From assembly GCA_028534125.1 (NCBI GenBank), contig CM052816.1, positions 62,560,001 to 62,624,000 of the forward strand: DNA of 64,000 nt. The letters are read 5' to 3'. A program made the position numbers and the translations under genes. This DNA is from Lama glama. Lineage: Eukaryota. Below, in pieces: positions 38,160-51,462 of the stretch. Under the pieces are notes generated by a model, which saw nothing but the letters and a program-made list of their open reading frames with translations, was not told the DNA's origin and did not search any database. Every line of letters begins with the position of its first letter. Positions within the stretch are counted from its first letter, which is position 1.

Positions 38160-39730
38160 TTGTCATTCAATATTAACTCCAAAAAATATTTACTAAGCAT
38201 ACCTACTTTTGATCAAGCATTGCACTGGACATCAGAGATAGTGTAATGTTTTTTTTAAAGTTGGGGGGGGATACAAAACAGACGTAGTCCTTGTTCTAAT
38301 GGAGCTCACAGTACTGTGTAGGAGACAGATACTAACCAAACTTCAGGAAAAAGAAATGTAAACCGGTTACTGTGAAAAGTGCCTTTGTTGCCACAAAACC
38401 AGTCTGCACATCAAAGCCAGATTGAAACCCAGAGGCAGAGTTTTTGAAGAAAAAGAACAGTTTTATTACTTTCCCAGGCATAGGGGAGTCACAGCAGGCT
38501 AATGCCTTAGAGACTGTGAGTCCCTCTTGGGGTTGAGGTCTTGAGGTTTTACAGAGCTAGATGGAACTGAAAGGGTGATAACAACCAGGGTGCTTTACAG
38601 GGAGCTGCTACATTCCTCTTAGCCTTGATGATCTTCCTGGCATCTTGGAGGAGGAACTTTGAAGGGTCTGTCCATCCTTCTGAGATTATTAGCTCATTAC
38701 CTCCTCCCTGGAGTATAGCCTCTGGGTTAAAAAATGTAAGGGCAGAGTTTGGGGGTTGTTTAGCACAAAAGCAGTAAGACAGAGAAAGCAGACTGCAGGA
38801 TTTCATAGAAAGAACCATCAGGGAAGTTAGTTTGTTTCCTCCTCCTTTCACCATGAAGAAGCACATACAGCTAAGAGAGTACTAAGAGGGGCTTTTGGTG
38901 TAGTCAGAGAGACTGAGGCAGTCCTTCTTGAGAAAGGCATAGTTGACTTGAAATGTAAGCACTGAGAACAATATAACTAGGCATAAAGGATAAGAAGCAG
39001 CATTAGAGACACAGTGATCAACAGAGCAGTGGCTCTTTGGCATGACAAATGCTTAGGGCTGAAAGAAAACCAGGCATAAGCCAGGAGTGGATATGAGTGG
39101 GCCAGCTGGAAGATGTGGAGTCAAGATAAGAAACCATGATGTATTGGACTAGGGTGCTGGCAGAGTGGAGATGGAGAGCCAGACTAGGGGTGGTTCTCTC
39201 CAGTCAAGCTCTCTGAGTGTGAACTGGCTCTGCCTTCTCCACAGTTCCACTAGATCCTAAGTAAGCCATGCCTCCCTGTGGCAAAGCTCTTATCACTACA
39301 ACACAGTCCAGGGTAGCTCGAATGTAGTGAGAGAACACAGACAGGTGAAGTCAGTGTGGTGGTCGTCACATCAGGCACAGGTCATCAAGAGCTAGATAAA
39401 CCATTTTTAATATATTTGTATCTTTTTCTAAGGGCAAGGGAGAACCGACAACACAGGAGACTGGCACAATCAAATTTTATCTCTTAGAAAATACATGAGT
39501 TTTTACTTTATTGCTAAACATTGGGAACTACCAAAGGATTTTCACCATGCAAGTCACTTGTTTTGGGGAAAATTAATCTGACAACATTATCATGATGCTT
39601 TAGAGTTGCAGACTGAGAAGAATCTAGAAACAAGAGCATCAGTAGAAAAGATATTTTGATCATCTAGGAGTGAGGCAATAAGTTAATGAAGTTGACTAGT
39701 GACAATGAAATAATTTTTAAAGAATAAGGG
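38160..39730 (-). mobile_element. L2 fragment(s) interrupted by a solo LTR
   Basis: aaatatttactaagcatacctact...gtccttgttctaatggagctcacagt; aagtgcc before and atgaagaag after the LTR rejoin into L2-like sequence. Confidence 0.6.
38386..38850 (-). mobile_element. Solo LTR, ERV1-like, nested in L2
   Basis: TG (tgttgccac) ... CA (cctttca) termini; near-TSD CCTT/CCAT; AATAAA on the minus strand at about 38462-38467. Confidence 0.8.
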
Positions 39731-41099
39731 ATGAATATTCAGATGACAGATCATTAATTTTCCTTCAGAACTGTTTGGCAAACACAACTGTTTGTCACGG
39801 TGTCTTAGAATCAACTTGCTAAAATGTGATCTTGATAACTGAGAAAGATTAACACAATACAACTAAATTATTCGAATTTCTTATAACTACATCAATTTGC
39901 CATTGCAAACCAAAAAGTATGGAGTACATCTTGTAACTTCATTTTTATTTTAAAATGAGCACATTGATGTTGTTTGGGTGTGGGGTATGGTTAAGGTGAG
40001 TTGTGGGAGAAGATGGACTTCTGTGGATTCAGCATGTATCTTCAATGCCAGAGAAACAGGAGTCCGTAATTCAAGAACGAGACTTAAGGGGGTTGCATTA
40101 GGTGTAAGGAGAGTTTCATGAAGGGAGTCCTGAGACCAGTGGCAAGTCCCTCAGAGCCTGCAAAAGGACTGCCTTCTTTTCAATATGAATAGTTTTTAGG
40201 ATACCTCCACCAGACATTGAGCTGCATCACCCCACCCACTTCCAGTGCCAAGCAGTAATTTGAAATTTGAGGTAAATGAGAAGTCCTTTTGAGTTTCAGT
40301 TTTAGAAATGTGGGCTTCCTTGAGTCCTACAGGAGCAGCAGGGAATCCAGGGATCTTAGAAAGGCCCCTTTGTAGCCTCTTAGACATGGGCCAGAGGAAG
40401 TCCTACCCCTACCTCTCGAGCTTCACACTCTTTCTTTCCCATAGCTGGTAACTACCTGAGAGCCATGCCATGACTTTACAGTGGCATCGTGACAGCCTAA
40501 GAACTAGCCCTTGACAAAGGAGCTTTGAGAAGAATTCCAGTGCTGGACAGAACATCCCAGTGGTCCATGTGTGACCTGTGGGTTCTATTTTATATCCACT
40601 GTTACACATCAAACAAGGATTTGCCTGAGGAGATTCCCTTGGCAGGATTTCTCTTTGTTAGATATTTTTTAAAATCTTTTTTAAAGAAACATAAAATTAT
40701 ATTTGTGTGGGGAAAACTGCTACTCCACAGGTTCAATAATTGCTATACATTTACAGTGCTTTAATAGCATATGAATTCACCATCAAAATGATGGGGAATT
40801 CACTTCCAGTGGGGAGTTGGATGAATTTCCTTTGCACGCCTTCTTTACTAAATGGTCAAAGAACATTAAAGCAACATTTTGAGTGTAAGTTGGTATGTTC
40901 TCATTCTAAAAAGGGAAAGAGGCTTCAAATGTCTAGAAAAGAGACTAATCTTTCCCAAGGATAACACTAGCAGAGAAAACTATAGTTTTCCATAGTTAAG
41001 AACACTAAATAAATTCTCTAACACATTATCCCCCCCAAAAGGAAAAGAGCCCATTTCGTGCCATACCCAAAAGATAAGTTTACAGTTGGGAGAGGGTGT

Positions 41100-41496
41100 G
41101 TTGTGTAGTGAAAGCTTTTGAAAGATTAATTTAGAAAAGGAAAGTACACCTCCAAGAATGGGGGGGTGTTGATCCAGGGGGGAAAAGGGACAGTTTTTGT
41201 CTCCCCTTCTCTTATACCCTTGCTTAGAGGTGGTCTCTTGACTGATTGACAGCTCTTGTCCCTGGAATGCTGAGTCATGTTTGGCCCCCTTACCCATGGT
41301 GGATACAGGAAAACCTAATGCGGGGGTTGGGGGGGCACCTAAATCACAACGTTAATTGTAATACAATGAACATCAGGTTGTGTCTGGTTAAGTCCTTTCT
41401 GCTACCACACAGTCATGGCGGTTGGGTTCTAACTGGTTCTTGCTGTCACTCATTTAGAAGAAGTAAAGGCCCTTTATGCTGGAGGCGGGCATAACA
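41100..41496 (-). mobile_element. Solo LTR-like element (left boundary uncertain)
   Basis: Minus strand starts TGTTATGCCCGCC; TATAA-like motif at about 41213-41217; no TSD found. Confidence 0.5.
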
Positions 41497-43299
41497 TCAT
41501 CTTCCAGCCCATCCTCCCTCTCCTCCACCTTTCTAACTACCTAGCAGATTGAGCAAGTTTTTTTTTTTTAAATGATATTTTAATCCAATATCTATTTAAA
41601 ATAGTTTCTTAATTAACATAGCAAATGTATAGCCTTGTCATTGTTAAATATACTATATGAAAATATGCTTTCAGAGATAATTAATTAAAAATTGAGTAAG
41701 ACATACATTGCAACTTCTCGAGGCACTGTCTTGTTTTAGCAAGACTTTGATATTTCTGTAGTGAGTACTACTCCCAGAAGGCGGAATCTACTCAGAATCT
41801 CTCACAGCCAGACCTTATATTAACCATTTCCTTAGAGTAGGCTCTCTGATGATTTTCCTTCCAAAGAAATAAATCTACTTCCAATTTTACAATGTAAGCA
41901 CATGCAAAATAGACTTAAATATATGTAATTCCACATTACGTAAATTTAAACTTCTAAAATGTACTACTGTCAAATAAATTGATAACCATATGAGATGATA
42001 GTGATGGAAATATTAAAGTCTCTGTGAGAAACAGATCTTCAAGTAACTTATTACTACTTTTTTGTGGTGGAAAATGATTAAGAGCTCATTCACAATAGAC
42101 CTGTCTTTAATATGACTAAATTAAAATCAGCTTTGCCTTTTCCATACAGGGACTTGCTTTGGCTTTTCTTATGCAGCAATTCCAATTAGAATAACCACCG
42201 TCAGCTACCATTTGTTTAATAGCTTCTCTTTTATTGCAGTCACTAAAATATTTGCTCTTTGATTAAATGGCTATGGCATCTTCTAGCTGTTTCCATCCTA
42301 ATTTAAAGGAGAAATATATCAAAACTGTTCCAAAACATTGAACATTTTGTATTTATGTTCTTGACATAGGTGAGATTGGAAAGAAGATTTTACTGTCTTT
42401 TATAGAGTGCTAAAAACAGAAGTCTGTAGTCAAAGGAAATTACAATGAAAGAAAACTTGAACATGTTATTCTTCCAAAGGGAGGGCAGAAATTATATTTT
42501 TGGATGACTTCAGCTTCTTCCTTTGTCAGGAAATGATTAAAAACTTGACGGGAATAATGAGCTTTTGTTAGGTTTTGTGTTCATTTTAATAGAATAATCA
42601 AATAAGAACTATTATTCCCAATATTCAGAGAAAAATTAAGAAGTTCCAAAGCAAAGATTTTGCTCTAATATATAGCTCAGGCCTCAAAGAGCATTGATTC
42701 AAAGTTCTGTAAGACTCAAACTGCCCCATCAGTGCCAAGTGTTCAGAAAATCCATCCTGAGTCATTTCTACGCCACTTGGTTGGGAATCCCAAGTCATCA
42801 TGAGTACCCTCAAGGGATCTCTTGTTCATCCATCCATTCAGGAATTCCTTTACTCAGAATGCAGGTCTGTAAGGACCTACATGCAGTAATAGGCACTGGG
42901 ATGTTACAATGGCAATTAGGATATCGTTTCTGCCCTCTACGTTTATGGGGGAAGCCAGACGTGGGGAAATATAATGATAATATATCGTGAAGATTGCCTT
43001 CATTGAGGTATGTACAAAGTGCTGCTGGAGCAGAGTCCTCTCCTCACTGGGAAGACGAGATTTCACAGAGGAGATAAACTGAGCTGTCTTAAAGATTTCC
43101 TCTTGCTTTCTGTCCTCTCAAAAAGAAAACAAAGAAACAAAAACAAAAAAAAACAAAAAAGGCATATTCTAAGCTCCCAGAATTTCCCAGGGGTAGTAAA
43201 TTCAAGGGGTAGTAAATACAGGAAGTAAGGCAATGGTATAAATGCATGAAGCCCATGTTCTATCTTGAAGGAGCAATGACATTCCACTCTGTGAACTGT

Positions 43300-43470
43300 T
43301 ACCTTGTAGGAATGCCACCCTCACAATACTAGATCGCTCAGTTTTCCAAAAGAAATCTGAAATCCAGATTTTTCAATATTGGTGCCCAATAAATACTGTC
43401 TAAAGCCTCATGCTGGACAAATTAAAAACTCAGAGTCAAGATCAGTCCATTGGCCACTAGTCTTCAACCT
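43300..43470 (+). mobile_element. MER103-like hAT-Charlie fragment
   Basis: ttttccaaaagaaatctgaaatccagattttt...tattgg...ggccactagtcttcaacctc. Confidence 0.55.
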
Positions 43471-44572
43471 CCAGTTTTTCACTTCAGATTAGCAGCACCT
43501 GAAGGTTATATATGGACAAGAACTCTGGCACTGTATTTTGTAGGCTGTTTTTGTCATAAAACCCCTGAGCTATTCAAAAAAGTTCCTCATTTGTTTCCGT
43601 ATTTGGGAGAACTTCCTGTAGACAGCCAATATGTTTCTGCAACGTGGCTTTTGGAAATGCATGGCCTGAGGGCAAAGAATTATTATTCGCTTTTCACTCT
43701 CTAATGGAGTATTGTTTCACTTAAACACACACTGTTTCCGATGACTTAAATGGACTTGGTAGGCAGAGTCACTCCAAAAGCTGAGCAATTTTACTTCTTT
43801 TAGAGCCACAGAGGAGGTCCCCTGGGAGCTCTTGACGGAAGCAGCAGGTTAGGCCTGTCTCACTCCTACACACCCAACAGATTCTAAGTACACTCTCCTT
43901 GGAAACTTAAGCATGACTTTAGCTCAAGAAAAAGCAAGAAACACGCCATTTATGGACAATACAGCTTCATCAGGAAAAAAATTACTCGAATTTTCCCTAT
44001 TGTAAAGAAGTCAATGGAGTACAAATTCATAGTTGAGATGCTCTCAAGTGCTCAGCCACATAAAAGGCCACAGTTTTGCTGTTCTAACTTTATTATTATT
44101 ATGAAATTTCTAGTCTTTGGGGAGGCAATGTAAGGGAAAAAGAAAAGCAGGGCATTGGCATAGCATCCAATCAAGCACAACCCTAATGCAGTTTTTACAT
44201 AATATACTAACATCCCACTCACACAGATGTCACTAAAAGGAAGCAGTCAACACTGGAAGCAGGTTCTGCAGTCATCCATATGACCAGTCAGGAACAAAAT
44301 TCTACTAATGCAGAAAGCAATGTCAGAGCCAGTTCTCACATTCTGGAAAGCTGGGAATGTGTTCAACATTGGTGGTGCTGCAGAATTATTTTGTTTGCTT
44401 CTCCCATTACTTCTCAGGTTTTACATAAAGAGCTCCATGCAAAAAACAGTAATAATTCTTATCCCACTGTATACTATGATGCTATCCTATTTCTGATTAT
44501 GATCACTGGAAATTAAACTGAAGTGTGTCCCTTTGTGGATAGCTAAGTACTTGATAGACATAATATTCACTA

Positions 44573-45072
44573 NNNNNNNNNNNNNNNNNNNNNNNNNNNN
44601 NNNNNNNNNNNNNNNNNNNNNNNNNNNNNNNNNNNNNNNNNNNNNNNNNNNNNNNNNNNNNNNNNNNNNNNNNNNNNNNNNNNNNNNNNNNNNNNNNNNN
44701 NNNNNNNNNNNNNNNNNNNNNNNNNNNNNNNNNNNNNNNNNNNNNNNNNNNNNNNNNNNNNNNNNNNNNNNNNNNNNNNNNNNNNNNNNNNNNNNNNNNN
44801 NNNNNNNNNNNNNNNNNNNNNNNNNNNNNNNNNNNNNNNNNNNNNNNNNNNNNNNNNNNNNNNNNNNNNNNNNNNNNNNNNNNNNNNNNNNNNNNNNNNN
44901 NNNNNNNNNNNNNNNNNNNNNNNNNNNNNNNNNNNNNNNNNNNNNNNNNNNNNNNNNNNNNNNNNNNNNNNNNNNNNNNNNNNNNNNNNNNNNNNNNNNN
45001 NNNNNNNNNNNNNNNNNNNNNNNNNNNNNNNNNNNNNNNNNNNNNNNNNNNNNNNNNNNNNNNNNNNNNNNN
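44573..45072. other. Assembly gap (500 N)
   Basis: N run of exactly 500. Confidence 1.
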
Positions 45073-45184
45073 GTGGCTTGCCATTGTTGTAGACTCTGAT
45101 TTGCAATTCCCTGCTGATTCTGAGTAAAAGTAAACCCATCTTTGCTGGAGAAGTATCTGGCAGTCCCTTTGTTTTAGGTCAACA
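45073..45184 (+). mobile_element. MER34-like ERV1 LTR 3' end, truncated by the gap
   Basis: ttgcaattccctgctgattc...tttgctggagaagtatctggcagtccctttgttttaggtcaaca. Confidence 0.75.
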
Positions 45185-48100
45185 GGATAAACATTCTAGT
45201 ATTAAAGGAGATAACAAAGAGTAGAGTTGGAGCTAAGAGGCAATAGATTGAAAACTGGTCAATGATTTAGGCACTAAGCTGAACTTTATAGAGGAAAGAA
45301 ACAATTGTCAGTGTTTTTTAAAGAGCTACAGTTAAAGTATAGAAAAGCAGAAAGAAAATAGTTCCCACCTTTCAGGCTGTGATTCATCTCAGTTTTTTAT
45401 ATAATTATCACCTGGATGCATGAACCAGCATCTAGATTAGAGGGGGGCGGAATGGGAGAGATAGCAGATGGCTACACAACAGCAATAATAGCAGGATTTC
45501 ATGAACACAAAGTAATTAGCAAGAAGACTTTATGTTCAGCCTGTGATGTAATAAGGTCTATAGGTGGTTCATCTACATAGGGTATCAAGAGATAGCCATC
45601 AAACACACTTGGGACAATAGAGAAGGTGCAAGTTACCACTCATGGTTGGAATATCCTAAAGCATGACTTCCATATAGCAGATGCTTAATAAATGTTGGCT
45701 GAATTAACAAATTAATTTACTATTTAACTATTACTGGTGTCCACTATGCGCCAGGCATTGTCCTATGTCTAGAAAAACAACGATGTCCAAAACTCAGTCC
45801 CTACCTAAAAAAGTGTACATTCTATTTTGAAGGCAATGATTCTTAGAGTTTTTGGAGACTACTGAGTGGGAAGAGATGTTTGAAGTTCTGACAGTAGAAG
45901 ATTATTTCAGGGTCTTTAAATCAGGAATTATGCATATCCCTCTGTTTTCAGAGAATCTCAAATTAGTTAGATGCAATGGTTATTTTTCTTTCCTCTCTTT
46001 TCTCATCCTCTTGCTCCTCCTACTTCTTCTTTGGCACAATTCCCCACTCCTATTTAAAAAGTATCAAATGGATATTTCTAAAAATTTAAGAAATATGTTA
46101 AAATACTGGTTCACATAGTAAAATTCAATTTTACATATAACAATGAAGAAAATCACTAAAGTCATTCTGTACTTCTGCTAATCTTGTCTGTTTTCCCCCT
46201 TATACCTACTTCTGTCTCTCTTCACTATATTCAGCAATGCTGCTTTCTTCTTGTTTGAATTTGTTAAGCACTAAAAAATGTTATTGCTGTTTAGTCTCAC
46301 TAATATCCTCTTACACAGCAGACCAAGTAATTTTCACGATTATTCCCATTTTACAGAAGAAAACGTGAGAATTGGCTGGCATAGGTCACACACGTGGTGA
46401 CAGTGTTTTTTTTTTATCATCTTCTGCCAAAGTTACTCTGCCTTTGATCCCCTAGAGCAATGGCTGGGCCACTTTAAAATTGAATATTTAGTTATCTGGT
46501 AAATACGTTCATGTATTTAAATATATTTTTAATCTACATGTTTTTATTCATCTTTTACTTTAGTTATGTATTTTGGAGATAAAATATTGGAATCCATCTT
46601 GGAAGTGGGGTGTGAAATGGGTGTCTTTGTGTTTTTGTTTATGTCTGTTAGACATAGAATGAGGTAGGATTCCATTTTCTCTCTCTCTCTTTTTTCTTTC
46701 TTTTTTTTTTTCTCTTTTTTTTAGTAGGGCTTTTTATAGGGACTGTCTTTCAGAAGTCTGGATTAAAAGGATTGAGTCTGTGGTCTGAAAAACAATATTA
46801 CTATCTTGCACACTCAAATTCTGTGTCATAGGCATTCAGATGAGCCCTGGAGTGAGTGACAGACAATGAGAGCCATCAGCCCCAGCTCTGTCTCTCCCAC
46901 TGGGCACAGTTCAGTAGCTATTTATTGACTCTCACTGCTCATTTTAAAGGTGAAGCTTCAGATTAGCACACAGAAGCCAAAGAAATTTGATTTCAAAGAT
47001 AAAGGGTATTGTCAAATTTTTAGTGTTTATTGATGTACCAAAAAGAGAAATAAAGAAAAAATCAGCAAACACAGGCTAAGCTGCTTGGAGTTGGGGTAGG
47101 AGAGTTAATCCATGCTCTGTAGTATTTGCTTCATTGGTTTTATGTTTATTTTATGCAATGTCTGCTTTTTGCTCGTTGCCAATGCAAGTTTATAATTTTA
47201 TGTCACATGCTTGGATTATGCAATTGAAAAAAATGTTAGCCCGAGCAAGCCAGCCAAGAATGTAGAAAATAGGAAGCCATATCAAATAGGTTGTATTTTT
47301 ACTGGAACATGAACAAAAGTATAAATGCAATTCTGCAGGCAGTTGCTAAGGGATAGCCACAGCTGGAGGGTTTCTGGTCAAACTTTTTATTTTTCTTTTA
47401 CACACCATAGCAAAGAGCATCATCTCCTCTTTGTGCTTGATTTGCAAGTTACAGCAATTCTTGAGGGTTTATTTTGGTTCAGACACAGATCTTCCCCTGG
47501 CTATCTCCTCTGGGCCTCCTTATTAAATAGCATGTCAGTTTTCCCTGACATCTTTCAAATGAGAGATTGTGAGCACCAATCAACTGGTAACCTTTTTTTT
47601 CCCCCCAAATACATATTCACAATCTCCACCCTGACATTTCTGCTTCAGGAAATTTGTCATGGCTCCTAGGAATCTCCATTTTGAATGCAAAGAACCCCAA
47701 GTCATTCTAATGTAGGCAGTTGAGAATCAACTAAAATTATAATTGCAAAAGTTAGACAATACCAAATGCAGTGGCCTTCCTTAGCATGTACAAATTCAGA
47801 TTACCTTGACCTTGCATACCTGCTTTTGACCTTTTCCCAGAAAATTCACACTGGAGTTACTTGGATGTGACTAGTTTCATCTGGGTAGCTTCCCTAGAGA
47901 GTGGTTCTGCATCAGACCCTCTTATAAATGACCAGTGAAATCTTGGAAGGCAGAGGTTCATGGTGAAAGAGATCTATTTCTGGCAAGCAGAAACAAAGAA
48001 TTTGTAACCATGGTCAGAAACCATGAAAGAGATGCTAGAAGTGATTATCTTTGTGTTCAGTGGTTAATTTTGCCCAAAGGAGACAAATAAGGAAAGACAA

Positions 48101-49099
48101 GAAAATATGAAAACATAAACAGACAAACAAATAGCTAAACATTATAAGCAGTGGGTTTTGCCATTTAGGACAAAGGTATTTGATAGCATTTAAAAATTAC
48201 TGAACACATTCTCCAGCTTTTTCGTTATGGCCTTAATCATGAGTCTATTGTTTTAAATGTCCATTGGTTTTATTTTGACTCAGCTGAGCAACGTAGTTAA
48301 GTCTCTGCTATCTGTGTTGGCATATTACACATATAAAAAAATACAAGTTTATTTACAAAAAAAAAGGTAAAATATAAAAGAGGAAGCAGTGTATTGCTTC
48401 TTGATATAATTTTATAAATTCTTTATTATATAATGTTTTACCTCCTAATTTTTTAACACATTATTATAATTTGATGATTATTAATATTAACCTTAGGCAT
48501 TTTGGTGTGTGTTAGATATCTAATCTGAATTTTCAAAATGATACATAGATATTTCAGTTTTTATTCACTAAGTGAAGTCATTTTAATAAGTTGAAAGTTA
48601 ATTTGTTTTCAAATATAGTTGAAAGTAAATCTTTTAAAATCCACGTGATTATTAATATGTAAAAAGTTTATTTTTTAAAAACTGAGGGCTTTTTATGAAT
48701 TTCTGAATAGTTTATAAATGTAAAACTCAGACATCAGCAGGCTGTGTAGGAAATTGTTTTGTTTTCAGTTTTGCAACACACAAAACACTGATTAGTCTAT
48801 ATAAAGAAACATGGGACTCAGCTTTGATTCTCACCCAGTTCAAGGGTTCTTTGATGACATCTCTTATGTTAGGGGGTGGGGAACAGAACCAATTACCTGG
48901 CTTCCATATTATCAGTTGCTTAGGTTTGTTCCCATGGTCAAAACTAGCCAAAGATACAGTATGACATATGGATAAAATGTTAAAATAAGTACACTTTTAT
49001 ATCTGTAGTTTTTGTTTTCAGCATTGCCAATATGCTATGGGAAACCAATATAACACAAATGTAGGAAAAACAGAATAATTAAAAAGAAAAAAAAGACCT

Positions 49100-50340
49100 T
49101 TTTGGCTGGTGTGTTGATGCAAGATTTTAGGAGTCAAGGGGAAAAGTTAGGAGACCTGTTAGGAGACTGTATCAATCTATGCTTCCTATAATAATAAAAT
49201 CACAAAATGTCCATAGCACACAATAGTGAACATTTGTATCTTATACATTTGGGGGTGGCTTGGTGTCTCTGTATCTCATACAGTTGTGACTTGCTTGTGG
49301 TTTTGCCTAAGGGATTTGACAGTTTAAGCTGGACTTGACTAGGATCACTGAGCTCCACATGTTTGTCATCTTCCTCTTGGGATCGGCAAACCAGCTAGGT
49401 ATATTATAATGTCACAGGTGCAAGAGGGTTATCCTTACTGTACAAGTACAGTGGGATTCCTTTGTCACTTTTTCTAAAATTCCATTAGGCAGAGCAAGTC
49501 ATATGACCATACCCAAAGTCAAGGGACAGGGAAGTAAATTCTACTTTTGTTTTTAATGATCTGCAAAATTATATGGTGGAAAAGGGCATGGTTAAAGGAG
49601 TAAAGAACTGGGGTTAATAATGCAGTTTAACACAAAGTATCTTGCAGTTGTTTAGACAAGGGATTTGGGGTTCAGGCCAGGCACGTAGCTTTGGTAGTGG
49701 TAAGAAGAGGATGAGTATGAATATATTTTGAAGGTAGAGCCAGTGAGATTTATTGAGCTGTGGGAGAGATGTTAAGGGTGATTCCAAAGCAACTGGAAGA
49801 GTAGGGTTGTTATTAACTGAGATATGAAACTTGTAGGTGGAGGATTTTTGGAGGGGAAATTAAAAAATTCAGTTTAGAATAAGTTGAGTCTTGGGTGTTG
49901 GAAGCCATCCAATTGGAGATAGTGGGTAGCACATTATATATATGAGTCTGGATTTATGAAAGAATGGTCTGGACTATAGATATACATTTGGAAACTGCTG
50001 TCATATACATGATACTTAAAGCCATGAGTTTAGTTGAGATTAGTAATCGATAGAGTGTAGCTATGAAAGAGAAGAGAGCCAAGGACATTTTAACATGAAG
50101 GGATTGTGACACATGAGAGAAATCAGCAAAGGAGACTTAGAAGAGACCCATGAGATAGAAAAATGTCAAATGAGGGCAGTGTGCCATGTAAATAAAACAT
50201 ATCAAGGATGAGACAGTGTCAGTTGGAGCAAATATGGCTTATAGGTCAAGAAAGATTAGAAATAAAACTTCCCACTAAGGTTTAACAAAATAACAATGTG
50301 AAGGTTACTGATGACTTTACTAAGGGCTGTTTCAAAGGAC
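49100..50340 (-). mobile_element. L2 body fragment
   Basis: tatattttgaaggtagagccagtgagatttattga...gcaactggaagagtagggttgttattaactgagat...tttaaagccatgag-type antisense L2 motifs. Confidence 0.7.
49168..49633 (-). mobile_element. MLT1 (MaLR) solo LTR nested in L2
   Basis: tccattaggcagagcaagtcatatgaccatacccaaagtcaagggacagggaagta...gaactggggttaataatgcagtttaacaca. Confidence 0.7.
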
Positions 50341-51029
50341 AGTTCACCATGAGAAGTTATATTTGGGATTTGCCAGGCTCTCTGAATCTGAGGATTGGAT
50401 TCTTTAATAAATCTAAATAATTCTAAGCTATTATTTTTTAAAATACTGACTTTTCCTCTCCCCTAAATTGTCTTCATTTGTTGCTTCTGGAGCACCTTTT
50501 AGACATCTAATGTACCATTTCACTTTATTCTCTCCTTTTTTAACTGCTCTACCATATTTTTTTCCCATACTCTTTAGAGAATCTTTAAAAATAAATATTT
50601 TTTAAATAAAAATAAAAATACTGTATTATATTTTTAAAATCTTTATCCTTTTGTTTCCCATTTAAATAACTTCTTTAGCTCTATATTCTAGTGTATTATT
50701 TCTCCAGTTTTATCTAATCTGCTATTCATTCAGTCTGTTGAATTTTTAACTTCAATGATCATTTTCCCTCAAATCCTTTTTTTTTTTTGGTCTTCTCATG
50801 CTTCTGATTCATATTTAATATAATCATTTTACACATAGACTTTGTGAACTATATAATTCTATCACCTGACATTCTTAGGAGTCAAATTATGTAATTTATT
50901 TTTTAATGAAACGCATACTGACTTGTTTTCCTGTGTATTTACTAATTTTGAACTGAAATCTCATGTTTGGTGTGGCCTGACCTTGATAATACCATGCAGT
51001 CTAACTGAAATTTCACGGATGACACTGCC

Positions 51030-51462
51030 AGTCCCTCCAGGATTACAGCAGATCCTCTTGGTGCCCTGCCAACATTCTCTCAAGCCTTACCAGCTCTGTG
51101 CATGCAGGACCAACTTTCATCTGCCAGAATCTGTATTTCTTTGCATAAGAGTTTTCTCTGGCCACTTACTCTTACCATGTGTACAGCAAGACGGAAATGT
51201 GCACAAATCAATGCTCCCTACCTTGACAAATGACTGATAGGAGCTTCTATATAAACACCGCAGCTCCCTTGCCTCTTGGGTAGGATAGTTCTGATGTGTT
51301 CTATATTAGCCCCCAGATTTCCTTAGTGAGAATGAAGTCCACTCATCCTCAGGGGAAATTCACTTGATAAGGCACACTTACTGGCTGCCTTCCTTTTCCT
51401 TCCTCACCTACTCACTGCCCTACTCACTCAAATTCTTATCTCAGGGGAACCCAAACTGAGAC
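51030..51462 (+). mobile_element. LTR16-like ERV-L solo LTR
   Basis: acaaatgactgataggagc...tataaacaccgcagctcccttgcc...ctcaaattcttatctcaggggaacccaaactgagaca. Confidence 0.7.
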
